64,000 nt of DNA from Eledone cirrhosa (lineage: Eukaryota), in NCBI GenBank assembly GCA_964016885.1, contig OZ024743.1:321904001-321968000 (forward strand), in the 5' to 3' direction. Position 1 is the stretch's first letter. Every line of letters begins with the position of its first letter. This document shows, piece by piece, positions 13,952 through 26,580 of the stretch. The notes below the pieces were generated by a model. It had not been told where the DNA came from, ran no database searches, and worked only from the letters and a program-made list of their open reading frames with translations. A program made the position numbers and the translations under genes.

Positions 13952-15467
13952 TGGTGTGGGATGCTTAAAGCGTCCGTAAGCGGTAGGCCGTTTGAGCACT
14001 CGATACTCTTACAGAGCAGAGTATAATATCACATAAGAAACGGAGAATCAGTGGTGCGATATCCCGATATATTCCATTTATGCTTCCATTCCATGTACAT
14101 TTATACTGTTATGAAAAGTTTATTCTACACATTCACGATATATATAACTTCTTTGTGTATACCTAGATGGTCCTCTGTGTCCACTTGTCATGAAATCTCT
14201 CATGTGCATGGTTGATGTGCAGGTTCTTACCCAGTCCCTTGGATCTTCAGTCCTTCTGTATCTTATATAACCCTATGCATCACAGTCTTTAAGTATTTCA
14301 TGCAACTTTATGCCCATCTCAATAATATCCTGTTGGCGTGAACAGATACCTCCTTTGCATCTTTTTCATGTGTACATTCCTTTTTCAAGTATTTCATTTT
14401 ATTTTATGTACGTACACGCATTCATATATGTGCCCCCCACCCGTGTTATCTGTCATTAGTATGTGGCTGCTACGTAATTATTGCATTTATGCATATTATG
14501 CATGCACTTTCGGGCATATATGGCCCCGTGAATGTGTTGAATTCCACGCCTCACGAATGTTTTCATATAATATTTTATGCGTCATGTGCAGTTTCGTGTA
14601 TGTGTGGATATGTAGGTATTCATCAAGTATGTGCTTTTTGAGATGTATAAGCATGCCCATGCGTGGGTACATGTATATATGTGTATGCATATATATATAT
14701 ACATGCATGTGTATGCATGTGTGTATATATATATATATGTACATGTCTGTGTAAGTGTATGCATATGTGTGTAGATTTTCCGTTTTTTTCTTCTGTGTAT
14801 ATGTGCATCCATATGTATTGTGTCAAGTATATGTGTCTTAAGTATATATGCTTTACTGAGTACAGTGTGTATATTTATCAAAGATACTTTTGAAATAATT
14901 CTTTTTTGAAATAATTTTTTTTGAGAGGCTCTTTCAAGCATTTTTTAAAATGTTTTTTAAAGGTTTTTTTTTTAAATGTGTTTTTTAAGGTATTTTGAGG
15001 GTGTGTTTTTCTGAAACGTTTTTTTTTAAAAAATGTTTTCCCATTTTTTTAAAAATTCTTTCTAAGTATTCGCTGCACATTTAATATTTGCTGTGATTTT
15101 CGTATATAATACAGTTGCGAGTGTGTATGCGATTGTTGTGTGTGTATACGTGCCCATATGTATCACGACTGCGCTAAACATGGACATGTGTGTGGGTGTC
15201 TACAGGCTGAGACGGCTGCGGCAGTGCGCGAGCGTTTCAGTCATACAACCCCTTACCTCCTACAGTAGTAATTCCGCTAAAAGAAACAACTTTGATTGAC
15301 ATGCTACATATGAATAGAACCAGAAAAATGACAGCCATGAGTGGTCAGAAATACCGATGACGTGAACAATTCTTGACCACTCATCGACAGACAACAACAG
15401 GAAACAAACTGGTGAGCGAAGGCCGCGGGATTAACTGGACATTTGGAAACTCTGCTTCGAAAAATCG

Positions 15468-15562
15468 AGACGTATCTGAGGATCTTGCGATTTCAGAGTC
15501 AAGTTCGATCATCGCATAGATCGTGCTTCGAGCTGGTCGCCAGAGAAACGATTGTAATGTCT
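15468..15562 (+). ncRNA. Hammerhead-like motif with a long stem II
   Basis: AGACGU(AU)-CUGAGGA-UCUUGCGA...UCGCCAGA-GAAA-CGAUUG-UA-AUGUCU. Two extra nt before the core make it atypical. Confidence 0.4.
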
Positions 15563-16171
15563 AATAAATTTTAATTCGTCACACCACTGATTCTCCGTTT
15601 CTTATGTTATATATATATATGTGTGTAGATTTTCCGTTTTTTCTTCTGTGTATATGTGCATCCATATGTATTGTGTCAAGTATATGTGTCTTAAGTATAT
15701 ATGCTTCTAAATTGTCAGCAGCAGCAAGACATAAGCTGACCACAACACCAACAACACTACCAAAATAATGGTAGAGGTCAAATGTACTTAACAATAGCAA
15801 ACACAAACACCACAGGGAGCCTCACCCCAGAAAGAATTCTATAGACTTCTGACTGAGGAATACTCTCAGAACTGACCAAAGGGAAGTTTGACACTTTTTT
15901 TGTTATTTTGTTCCTTTAACACCTTGTCCCTTCTACCACTTTATCAATTGTTTAAGCTAACTCCAACAATAACAACACTTAGAATGAGGAATGTTCTAAT
16001 AACTGACCAATGAGAGAAGAGGCCCTTTGACACTGAAATTCGTTTGTTTGAATTCATATGATTCCAGTTCCTCAGTGAAATAACAACCAACCAGGAACTG
16101 GGCATATCAGAGTATTGACAAAATTATACACCTCAACAACATATGTACTTGTCTATACTACGCTAATTCAA

Positions 16172-16226
16172 ACTGCCTGAAGAGGTCACAGCCAAAGATG
16201 GCTGTCACTGAAGTATATATAGCAGT
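16172..16226 (+). ncRNA. Degenerate type-I hammerhead motif in a probable PLE 3' remnant (about 15706-16375)
   Basis: ACUGC-CUGAAGA-GGUCACAGCC..GGCUGUCACU-GAAG-UAUAUA-UA-GCAGU; A15.1 is G. Confidence 0.55.
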
Positions 16227-16373
16227 AATAAACGAAGCTAAATTTTAAACATTTGACTTTTTATTTAACTTTATTTTACATTACTCCGGAGTAACCAAAC
16301 CAACCTGCGCACTTCGTCGAGTGCTCCAGCCTGCATACAGAGGTGTTGGTATACAACCAACATATACTCAAAA

Positions 16374-16425
<52 letters not shown>

Positions 16426-16428
<3 letters not shown>

Positions 16429-16934
16429 AAACATGTCTATAGAATCACAAGATAAAATATATACTATTTCCTCTCCCAATTAGCATAATTAACTATATAA
16501 AAAATCGAATAGACCAGGCTATAAGAATGAGGCTTCTATGAAGGAATCTCCGACAAATAACCAAAATTAGTGCTTCGCGTCGGCCGTAGTGGAATATTTA
16601 TCGAATATTTCGACAGCGTAATCGCCTAGATACAGTCAACTAAGCAGAATTAGGTTTAAAATAAACTAGGAGAAAATAGAATACATTCTCCTAGTTTATT
16701 TTAAACCTAATTCTGCTTAGTTGACTGTATCTAGGCGATTACGCTGTCGAAATATTCGATAAATATTCCACTACGGCCGACGCGAAGCGCTAATTTTGGT
16801 TATTTGTCGGAGATGCCTTCATAGAAGCCTCATTCTTATAGCCTGGTCTATTCGATTTTTTATATAGTTAATTATGCTAATTGGGAGAGGAAATAGTATA
16901 TATTTTATCTTGTGATTCTATAGACATGTTTTAT
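16426..16934. repeat. Near-perfect palindrome (249-bp arms, 11-nt spacer)
   Basis: Arms 16426-16674 and 16686-16934; I found two mismatches. The left end abuts (TA)n. Confidence 0.92.
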
Positions 16935-17038
16935 GATATATAGCTCTGATTGTTTAATTTATTAATTTTTCATTGAGCCACAAAGTGACCGGTTGCAAAA
17001 CACGTATATGTATGTGTATGTATATATATATATGTAAA

Positions 17039-17106
<68 letters not shown>

Positions 17107-17689
17107 CACACACACACACATATATATACATATATATATACACACACACACATACATTCATATATATACAACAATCAGGTTAGTTTATCTTAATTCTCGG
17201 AAAAAAAAACAATTACTTTTTTACTACAAGCAGAATATAAAACGACCTTCTGTTTGTTTGTTTCATCGTTTATTCTTGTCCACTGAAAACTGTTTGTCTC
17301 TGATATTTTTCGCTGAGATACTGTGTTCTGTTTTGATTTGTTCTACTCTCTGAAATAGTAATTGTATTTCGTTGTATTTTTAATTGATTGATTACTGAAA
17401 TATTGTAATTGGGGCTCTGTATTGCTATCTTCATCTAAAGTAATTTATTATATTCTTAGAGTACTATATTTTTTACTTTTCTTTCTAAGATAGTAAAAGT
17501 ATTTCGTTTTATTTATATTGTTAATTAATTGAAATATTGTAGCTGGTGATCTGTGTTGCTATAATTCGCTGAGGTAAGGTATTATATTTTTAGAGTAATA
17601 TATTTTAAACTTATTTTATTTTCTGAGATAGTAATTGTATTTCGTTTTATTTATTTATTTATTTATTTATTTTGTTTATTATTATAATT

Positions 17690-19200
17690 TAAATATGGAA
17701 GACAATACAAATACGAATGCTCAAGTAGATGAGATCAGAACTCACCGAAACTGGACACTAAAGGAATTACATCTTATGCTCAGTGCATGGAGTTCATATA
17801 ATTGCTCTTTTTCAAACAAACTAATTAAGGAGACCCTGCAGAGCTGAGGCTTTCTGAGAACTTTGGAGCAGATACAGCGAAAAAAGAATGAATCTGTTCT
17901 TGTCTACTCACTTATTAGGCCACACATGAACCAACTGAGTCATACTTTCACAGACGGGACGAAAGAAGATGAAAAAGAAACAAAATACGAGCCACAAATG
18001 TCCCACGGAAGCTCGGAAGGATCTGAAAGCCGCTCAGAGGGAGATGGCCTGGGCCGCAGACAACATCAGAGAAGACGATGAAAAAGAAAATGAAACTCTG
18101 GGACTGCAGCAAAGGTAAACTAAAGAACCACCAGACAGACCCCAAGGAGAAGACAAACGTAAATAAACAGACAGGAAATGACCAATGGATAAATGCTATG
18201 AGGAAGAAGACTAGAACTAAGAAAAACAGAGACCCCGGGGGGGGGGGAGAAAACCCAAGTACTCTGTAAGTTCTACAAACAAGGGATCTGTTAGAATACG
18301 TTGCAGTTTTTCACACCCCAGACTCTATGCAAATTGCACCCAACGTGCTCATGCCAAAACCAACACGGGCAAAAAACACAGCACACAGGGTCACTGCCCA
18401 GGAAGTATGCTGAGGTTGCCCCGATGAAGAGGAGACAGTATGAGGCAGCCGTACAGACTGTAGCAGGAAAACAATAGACGTTTTTAAAAATCACAGAAAA
18501 GATAGTAATACAGCTGACTCGGCTTCATCAAATGTAAAGGCAAAGTCAATCACATCAACACTCGCATGCACGACAAATAAATGACCCAGGGTGCCTACTG
18601 ATACCCACGCAAATGCCATATCAGCAGCCACCACTGACACCCCAAATGTCAGAGACCTGATAAAACTGACCAATCTGTGTAAGATCGCTACATAAAAGAC
18701 CTAGCCACAAGTATTCAAGCAATATGCATGGCACTAACCAAAACCCACCTGACAGCTAGTATAGCAGATGCGGAAATACATATACCAAAATATGTTGTAT
18801 TTCGTACTTACAGGAGGAAGAGAACTCATGGGGGAGTTGCTTTGTACATCCATGAAGATACCATATCATTAGTACATTCCAACTCGGTCTGTGACACGCT
18901 AATAGTATACGTGAAGCAACTCAAAATGATAAAGTGTCACATATCAACCACCAGATGCCCCCCGACATGAGAACATGTTTGAAGATAGTCTCAGAAGGAT
19001 TGAAGAAGTGTTGATCAATTTGAATCAAAGTCTCAACTTCCTTCTGTTGGGAGATTTCAACCTCTCCAAGATCAAATGTTCCAAACACCACTACCTCTCA
19101 TGAATGACGGTACCTGAACAAACGGAGACAGAATCCTTGCTGGCCCTTATAAACAGACTCTTCATGGAACAAATGGTACTCCATCCAACGAGAGGTAAGA
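17690..19200 (+). mobile_element. Decayed CR1-type LINE 5' part (Cys/His-rich ORF1 remnant plus APE endonuclease)
   Basis: C(K)FYKQGIC...HP zinc-finger-like remnant near 18265. LTKTHL..IADAEIHIPKYVVFRTYRRKRTHGGVALYI at 18728, GDFNL near 19050, MEQMVLHPTRG near 19163. Confidence 0.7.
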
Positions 19201-19757
19201 ATGCATACACATGTATACACACACACACCACATATATATATATATATATACATATATCAAGTTAAGAAACAGAAACAAAAGCTAGAATTATGTACATATA
19301 TATAGAACAACAAATAATAAATGTACTCACTCATACGGCCTACAGCCGCGTCATGGAAATCCAGAATATGACGTTTATAATCGATTTTAATGATTGGTAT
19401 CAGTCACCAATTATCGATTTTTGTAATACACATCCTCAAGACCAATGGGAAAATGTCGAATCATCAGTGAGCCTCGGATCTTTTCTGTATAAATCTCACA
19501 TTGTACACTAAACTAGCAATCTGTCTAAGCAAGGTCCTCAAAATAAAATCACATGGTACCTTAATTAACGTCCTACAGTAGATATTTTACAGAACTGGTC
19601 ATAAAGAGCGCTAAAGATAGCAGTCAAAACAAGTCCCTATATGGTAGCTATACAAATTTAAAGTTTGGAGCAGTATTTATACTATAAAATATATATCGAT
19701 TATGTTCATTGAGGTTCGTGTGTCGAGTAACATTATAAACATCGTATTCCGGAGTTT

Positions 19758-19856
<99 letters not shown>

Positions 19857-19872
19857 ATATATATATATATTC

Positions 19873-20186
19873 TAGGGCGGGTAAAATTCCCAAGATCCAT
19901 GGACGAGTTCTCTCCAGCGGTCTCTGTCCCTCATTATTGCTGCCATGTCCTGCGTCTCCAACAGACCAGTGTCTTTCTTAGGGCATCAACATACGTTAAC
20001 CTAGTCCTCACATTCAAAGTGCCCATTTTGATGGCTCTTCTGCAGGACAAATCTGCAATCTTTATATTTGTCTCAGAGACAGCTGATCTATCATCCACTA
20101 GCCCTCCCTGCGGCTCTAAGCCAGCAGAGTCATAACGACGAGACTGCTCCTTGACAGTGTAATTAGGGGCTCTAACCCTAGTACTG

Positions 20187-20188
<2 letters not shown>
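19873..20188 (-). mobile_element. Internally deleted (bipartite) RTE-clade derivative
   Basis: The 5' part encodes the endonuclease start IKMGTLNVRT, joined near 20002 to the last about 130 nt of the RTE family seen at 43820-43950. (TA)n on both sides. Confidence 0.75.
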
Positions 20189-20258
<70 letters not shown>

Positions 20259-20533
20259 GTACATAAGCCTAGATTTTGTTTCTCAACTTGGAATATGAAA
20301 AAGATTGTTTGATATATCCTTTAAATTTGTATAAAATATGCTGAGTTTAATGTTCATTGAGATTCCTGTGTTGAGTAACATAATCGATATATATTTTTCA
20401 TATATATTGATTAAACCCATCTATTTTACACCCACACAGCCGCACACACACGTGTATATGTATATATATAATTTTGTCATCATCGTCGACGTTTTAACGA
20501 TGATGATGATATAAATATGTATATACCATTTAC

Positions 20534-20582
20534 GCTTCCTGATGATTTCTCCCGAATTAAACAGTTCTAGTCCTGTAGAAGC
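20534..20582 (+). ncRNA. Degenerate type-I hammerhead motif (G12U)
   Basis: GCUUC-CUGAUGA-UUUCUCCCGAAU-UAAA-CAG..CUG-UA-GAAGC; homologous to 48898-48946. Confidence 0.5.
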
Positions 20583-20775
20583 CATTTCTATATTAAATAT
20601 ATATATATATATATATATACAATAATATATATGTAGTAAGAAACACAGTAAATCGTGTGTCTAATATTACTAGGGTTGAAAGACCACATTTGTTTGAAAT
20701 ATTTAACCATGAAGCAGACAGAATGATAAAATAAAATAAAATTATATTATACAAACCGGCTCAATAACAATTATA

Positions 20776-20850
20776 TCTCTCGGACAGATTAATCTGTTTC
20801 GCCCTGAGTGTGTTTGTAACAGATAATCCACGGGCATCATCAGCGAGAGA
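20776..20850 (-). ncRNA. Type-I hammerhead ribozyme, apparently intact
   Basis: UCUCUCG-CUGAUGA-U-GCCC(27-nt loop)GGGC-GAA-ACAGA-UUAA-UCUGU-C-CGAGAGA. 7-bp stem I, 4-bp stem II, 5-bp stem III, all core residues present. GUC cleavage predicted between 20783 and 20782. Confidence 0.88.
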
Positions 20851-21008
20851 ATCTGATTAAATGCGACAAACACCTAGTACCAACGTTCACACAGAAAAAT
20901 GAATTCATCACCTCGTGTACCGTAAGTCAAAAGTGGTATGAGTGTATTGGTTAGAAACAACAGTCCAACACACCCAACTTAATAAGCTCACCTCTTGAGG
21001 GAGCCGAA

Positions 21009-21273
21009 ATATATATGAAAGTTAGAGTTAATAACTCTTACTGAAACCCTGTAATCAATAATCTCAAAGTATAAATACTGACCATTATAATAATATATGT
21101 AGTAAGAAACACAGTAAATCGTGTGTCTAATATTACTAGGGTTTCAACCCTCATAATATTAGACACACGATTTACTGTGTTTCTTACTACATATATATTA
21201 TTATTATAATGCTCAGTATTTATACTTTGAGCTTGTTGATTACAGGGTTTCAGTAAGAGTTATTAACTCTAAC

Positions 21274-21284
<11 letters not shown>
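21009..21284. repeat. Palindrome (about 135-bp arms, 2-nt spacer at 21144-21145) with an upstream direct copy at about 20620-20680
   Basis: ...TCTAATATTACTAGGGTT tc AACCCTCATAATATTAGA...; the same sequence also occurs directly repeated at 20626-20678. Confidence 0.85.
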
Positions 21285-21310
<26 letters not shown>

Positions 21311-21337
21311 TAAACATACATACATATATATATATAC

Positions 21338-21400
<63 letters not shown>

Positions 21401-21819
21401 CCAGTACAACCTGTCTCATGGTCGGGTCGTCGATGACTATACCGGCAACGTCACCAAGCTTTCTTGGTGAGGAGGGTGATATTTGGACACTCTGTGGGAT
21501 GAAATACAAGACCTGGCAAAGGGCGGTGGAACTCAGCAGAGTCAACGGTCGTCCAAATATTTTTTCTTTTAAATGGAGAGGTTAAACTCCGAGGCATAAA
21601 AAGCTGAGAGCTGTCATTGCATTTTCCGTGGCAAACATTTGCACCGAGGATATGTGTCGTCAGTGCCAAAAAGTGTGATTGGTCCTACACAAGCCTTCAC
21701 CACTTAAAACAAAACTTTGCGTGGGTAGTTCAACATCAGTTCACTTTCTCACATTTACCGCCAGTCTTTTGCAGAACTTTTGTTGGGCACTCATACGTCG
21801 GATATCGACGGGAGAGTCC

Positions 21820-21894
<75 letters not shown>

Positions 21895-21934
21895 CATACA
21901 TATACATTCATACATACGTACATACATACTTACA

Positions 21935-24720
21935 TAGAGAGGCGATTTGGAGATACAAGATTTAAAACTCTAAACTCAAAACTACACCAGTTGAAACAAC
22001 AACTCACAACTGCAGCAGAACGACTAAAATATATGTCAACAGCACATAAACGGCAAGTGTTAAATAGGCTATTTGCCAGAGATCCTAAATCAGTTTATCG
22101 CAGCTTCAATGGGAAAAGCTCAATCTCTGTAAAGGACACTCCAACAAAAGAACGGGTTGAGAGCTGATGGAGATCTATATGGGAAACGAGTGACGGACTT
22201 AGCAAACAAACTAAATGGCTAAAAGAACTGGAACAGGAATACTGCTAGCATGTCCAGACAAAACAATATGACATAGATGGGTCAATACTGGAAACAGCTC
22301 TGCAGAAAATGTCGAATAGGAAATCACCAAGCCCAGACCTCATAACAGGATACTGGCTGAAGAATCTCACCTTCTATCGGCAAGATCTCATACGGCTGTT
22401 TAGAGAAACCATCAAAGGCACACAAGAACTGCCCAAATGGTTTTCAACTGCCACTACTCCCCACATCCCCCAAAATATCCACACCACTCTTGCTAAAAAT
22501 TACCGCCAAATAGTCTGCCAGAACATCGTGTATAAATTATACACTGGGTATTTTAATCTGTTCTTACAGGATCATTATGCCACCAACAACATTATAACAC
22601 CTGAGCAAGCTGGTGGAAAGAAGGGCGTGTGGGGCTGCATAGATCACCTACGAACAAATAAAATGATACAGGAAAAAATAGCAAAGAATTGCAGGAACAT
22701 GACTGTGGTGTGGCTTGACTATCAGAAAGCTTTTGATAGTGTACCTCATGGGTGGATTATTAAGGCTTTACAGTTAGCCAAAGTCCCACAACCACTAGTA
22801 GCTGCCGTTGAACGCCTGACCAAGAAGTGGTACATAAATTTGTTCCTGGTGGTGAGAAGATGCAAATTAAGTCTGATACTATACACTACCAGAAAGGCAC
22901 CTTTCAGGGTGATAGCTTATCCGTGCTGCTCTTTGTCCTCTCACTAAACCCACTATCATACCTGCTCACAAAACAAAGTGGTCATGGAAGTGGGTCCAGA
23001 GGTATCTCCCGTCTTTTCTTTGTCGATGACCTGAAGTTGTATGGGCCAAATACCAACTGTATCAAAAAAACAATTGGACATCATTGCATAATATTCTGCA
23101 GACATCAGAATAAAATTTGGTGAGTCCAAATGTGCATATTTGACAGTAAAATCTATTGATGAACGGCTTGACAATACAACCGCTACAGTCAGGATAGTCT
23201 TGGACAGGAGAGAACCAGAACTGAACACCTCATGAAAGTAAAGAAAATATGGTCATCAGAACTATCAGCGTACAACAAATACATTGCCCACAATACTTAT
23301 GCTGTGCCAATCCTAACGCCAACATTTGGTCTGCTGAACTGGACTTTGCAAGAACTAAGTGAGATGGATGTAAGAACTCGCAAGCTTCTCACACCTCATG
23401 AAAGTAAAGAAAATATGGTCATCAGAACTATCAGCGTACAACAAATACATTGCCCACAATACTTATGCTGTGCCAATCCTAACGCCAACATTTGGTCTGC
23501 TGAACTGGACTTTGCAAGAACTAAGTGAGATAGATGTAAGAACTCGCAAGCTTCTCATTGTTACTGGAAACTTTAACATCAATAGTGATGTGGATAGGCT
23601 ATGCGCAAGGTGGCCGGGGGTCTAAAATCCATATTAACATCATACGAGAGCCGGATAGTAACACTGAAGCAACATCTTCAACAGAAGAAAAAGGTCAGCA
23701 ACCATCTTGCCCATATCTATGAACATGAAGGAAATAATATCATTAGGATAGCCACTGATCTGTAGGAGAGATATGGAATAAGGCCTTATATAAATCTCTC
23801 TCCCAGGGAAATTGGAAGATCCTATTCAATGTTCGAACAAGATTTAAAAAATCGACTAATTTGCAGAGAAAGTTGTGCATGGGTACCTGAGACGAAAAAC
23901 ACAGACCATAGAGGGGATAAATCATTAAAAAAACCTGGCATGGAGTTCCGATAAGTTGATGACATCTCACCTTGAAGGATATCTCTATGCAATACAGGAA
24001 CAAGAAATCCCTACCAAATATCCGCTACAGAAAAGGGGGGGGGGGGAGGCCATCAGTCGACAATAAATGTAGGCTTTGTAAAACCAAGATCGATGATGTT
24101 CGCCACATTGTTGCCAACTGCGAAAAAATGTCGTCTCGCTACTACCTCCCTATGAGACACAATGTGATAGCTAGAACCATCTGGAAAGCACTTAGGAAAA
24201 CAAAATTAAAAACAAATGAGGAGGAATATGTTGAGATAGATGGCACTAAAGAATACTGGTGGAACCTGAAAATAAAAACAGCCACCAAATTAAAGCACAA
24301 CCGGCCTAACATTGTTATTTGGGACCACGCATTGAAAACGTGCTCTGTTATAGAGATCAGTTGCCCACTTGATGTCAACGTTGTAAGAAAAATACAAGAG
24401 AAGGAGTACATCTATGGACCATTGATGAGGAGTTTGCAGATCCAGTATCGAAGATACACCTTCAGCTTCATACCCATCATTATTAGAGCTACAAGTTATA
24501 TACCAACCCGCTTGGACCAAAGTATAACTGAACTTGGATACTTGGACAAGGACCGCAGCTCCCTAATTCATAGACTGCAAATGGCTGCGATAGCTGGCAC
24601 CTTCAAAATTTGCAATATATTCTTGCGATTGATGGGATGACAAATGCTTTTCTTTTACAACCTTGCCACCAGGAAGATGGCCGGTTAAAAATGTACTCGA
24701 AATTCAGAGAAAAGGAAACA
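21935..24720 (+). mobile_element. R4/Dong-clade LINE (RT plus CCHC plus restriction-like endonuclease), 5'-truncated and decayed
   Basis: KSPSPDLITGYWLK, EQAGGKKG, WLDYQKAFDSVPH, FQGDSLS, FVDDLKLY, CRLC..HIVANC, RHN, NRPNIV..IEISCPLD..K..EK..Y. Internal 166-bp tandem duplication at 23225-23556. Confidence 0.85.
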
Positions 24721-24825
24721 TATATACATTCGTACATACGCACACACACACATACATGCATGTATGTATATATATATGTGTGTGTATGTGTGTGTAAATA
24801 TGCATATATATATATATATATGTAA

Positions 24826-24856
<31 letters not shown>

Positions 24857-24863
24857 AATATCC

Positions 24864-24894
<31 letters not shown>

Positions 24895-25079
24895 AGTGAG
24901 TGTGTGAATATATGCTGTGGATTTGTGTGATATGTGAAAATATAGAGTTATGTGGCTTAACTGGATTAAAGTATTATTAGGAATGTCCCTTCTAGACATG
25001 TTTACTGACTGAATCTACAAAGCTACTTTTAATCATTTTACAAACCCTTATATTTACACATAAACATCAACACACACAC

Positions 25080-25156
<77 letters not shown>

Positions 25157-25188
25157 TGCATCTATATATACATATATATATATATATG

Positions 25189-25452
25189 TGGGGAGGCGTG
25201 GCTTAATGGTAAGAGTGTTGAACTTTCGATCATAATGTCGTGGGTTCGATTCCTGGGTTGCATGTTGTGTTCTTGAACAAAACACTTCATTTCACGTTGC
25301 TCCAGTATACTCAGGTGAAAATGAGTACCAGCAATAGCTGGGGGTTTAAACCTGCGTCCTGTCCAGGGGGGAGTCTTGTACTCTCAGTCGCTTCACGCCA
25401 TGAAACCGGGATACGCACCGGTCAAATGAGCCTTCTGGCTTAAGACAGACTT
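25189..25452 (+). mobile_element. tRNA-headed SINE, family B
   Basis: A box TGGCTTAATGG, B box GGTTCGATTCC, CORE-like TGTTCTTGAACAAAACACTT; embedded in (TA)/(CA) repeats. Confidence 0.8.
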
Positions 25453-25471
25453 TAGATACACACACACACAC

Positions 25472-25594
<123 letters not shown>

Positions 25595-26021
25595 ATAGGT
25601 GTGTGTATAAAACATACAAACATCTACGAAGAATTTTTTTCTTTTCCTCTATGGATATATCATACATTTCCCAGTACGGTTTAGAATGTCAGCCAGCGTT
25701 GTTTCACCAGTGACACTCACTATATACGTCTGTGAGAACCCATTTACAATGTAAGTGGGAAGTAAAGCAAGACAACAGAAGTAGAATATATATATATCGC
25801 ATGTATATTTTAACCATATATGTCTATATTCCGACTTTAAAAAATCTTTGGAGACTGATTTTAGCTCTGATAGACACTAGTATGTAAGGTATATGGGCTG
25901 CAACACGCGGATGTTGACACTGCTGTTAAATTAGCCTATTGTTGATACACTGTACTTGTCTGTTATTAAGAGACGGATTTAATTTAATAATTTATCAATC
26001 TGTTAATAAACGGAAATTTAG

Positions 26022-26580
26022 CAATCACCCTCTTCCAATTCGAAGGAGGTAGATCCCTCAATTGGGACGTCACCTGTTACGACACGTTCGGCCACAAACT
26101 CTGGTACCACAGCCCACCTAGCAGATGAACGGAAAATAAACAAATACCGGGGACTGTCCGGCCGTTTCCTCTTTGTACCGGTCGCCGTCGAGACCTAAGG
26201 CGTACTTGGATCTCGTACAGTCGAGCTCCTCCACAGGATCGGAACGTCGGCGGCCCGTCTGAGAAAGGAGCCCCGCGAGATGGGGTGGCTGTTGCAGTGG
26301 GTGTCTCTGGCCATTGTCCGCGGGAATGATTTTGGGTGTCCTGTCCGTGGGGCGCAGCCCCTCTACTTCCGCGCCCTAAGCCCAGAGCCCAATCATCCCC
26401 TCCCCCTCCCCAATCTTCTGTAACACTAGAGTTTTTGCCATTCCCTCCCCTTCCTGTTTTTTCTTTTTACCTTTTTTCTTTATATTTTCCTATTATGCAT
26501 TCCATTGTTCTCAATCTCAAATTTCTTTTTTATTTGTTCTATTAAACTGTATTTACATGATATATTCCATAAAGAAAATT
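26022..26580 (+). mobile_element. 3' fragment of a CRE-type LINE (restriction-like endonuclease end plus 3' UTR)
   Basis: GRSLNWDVTCYDT...ERKINKYRGL..FLFVPVAVET*GVLG...EPRE..WLLQWVSLAIVRGN. Confidence 0.75.

Noticed and set aside
16710-16775. Hammerhead in the 16426 palindrome (GAC..GTC-GAAA-TATT..AATAT)
   Set aside because: No CUGANGA/UUGANAA core and no stem I partner.
25189-25260. tRNA gene
   Set aside because: A and B boxes are present, but there is no cloverleaf and it continues into a SINE body repeated at 5236.
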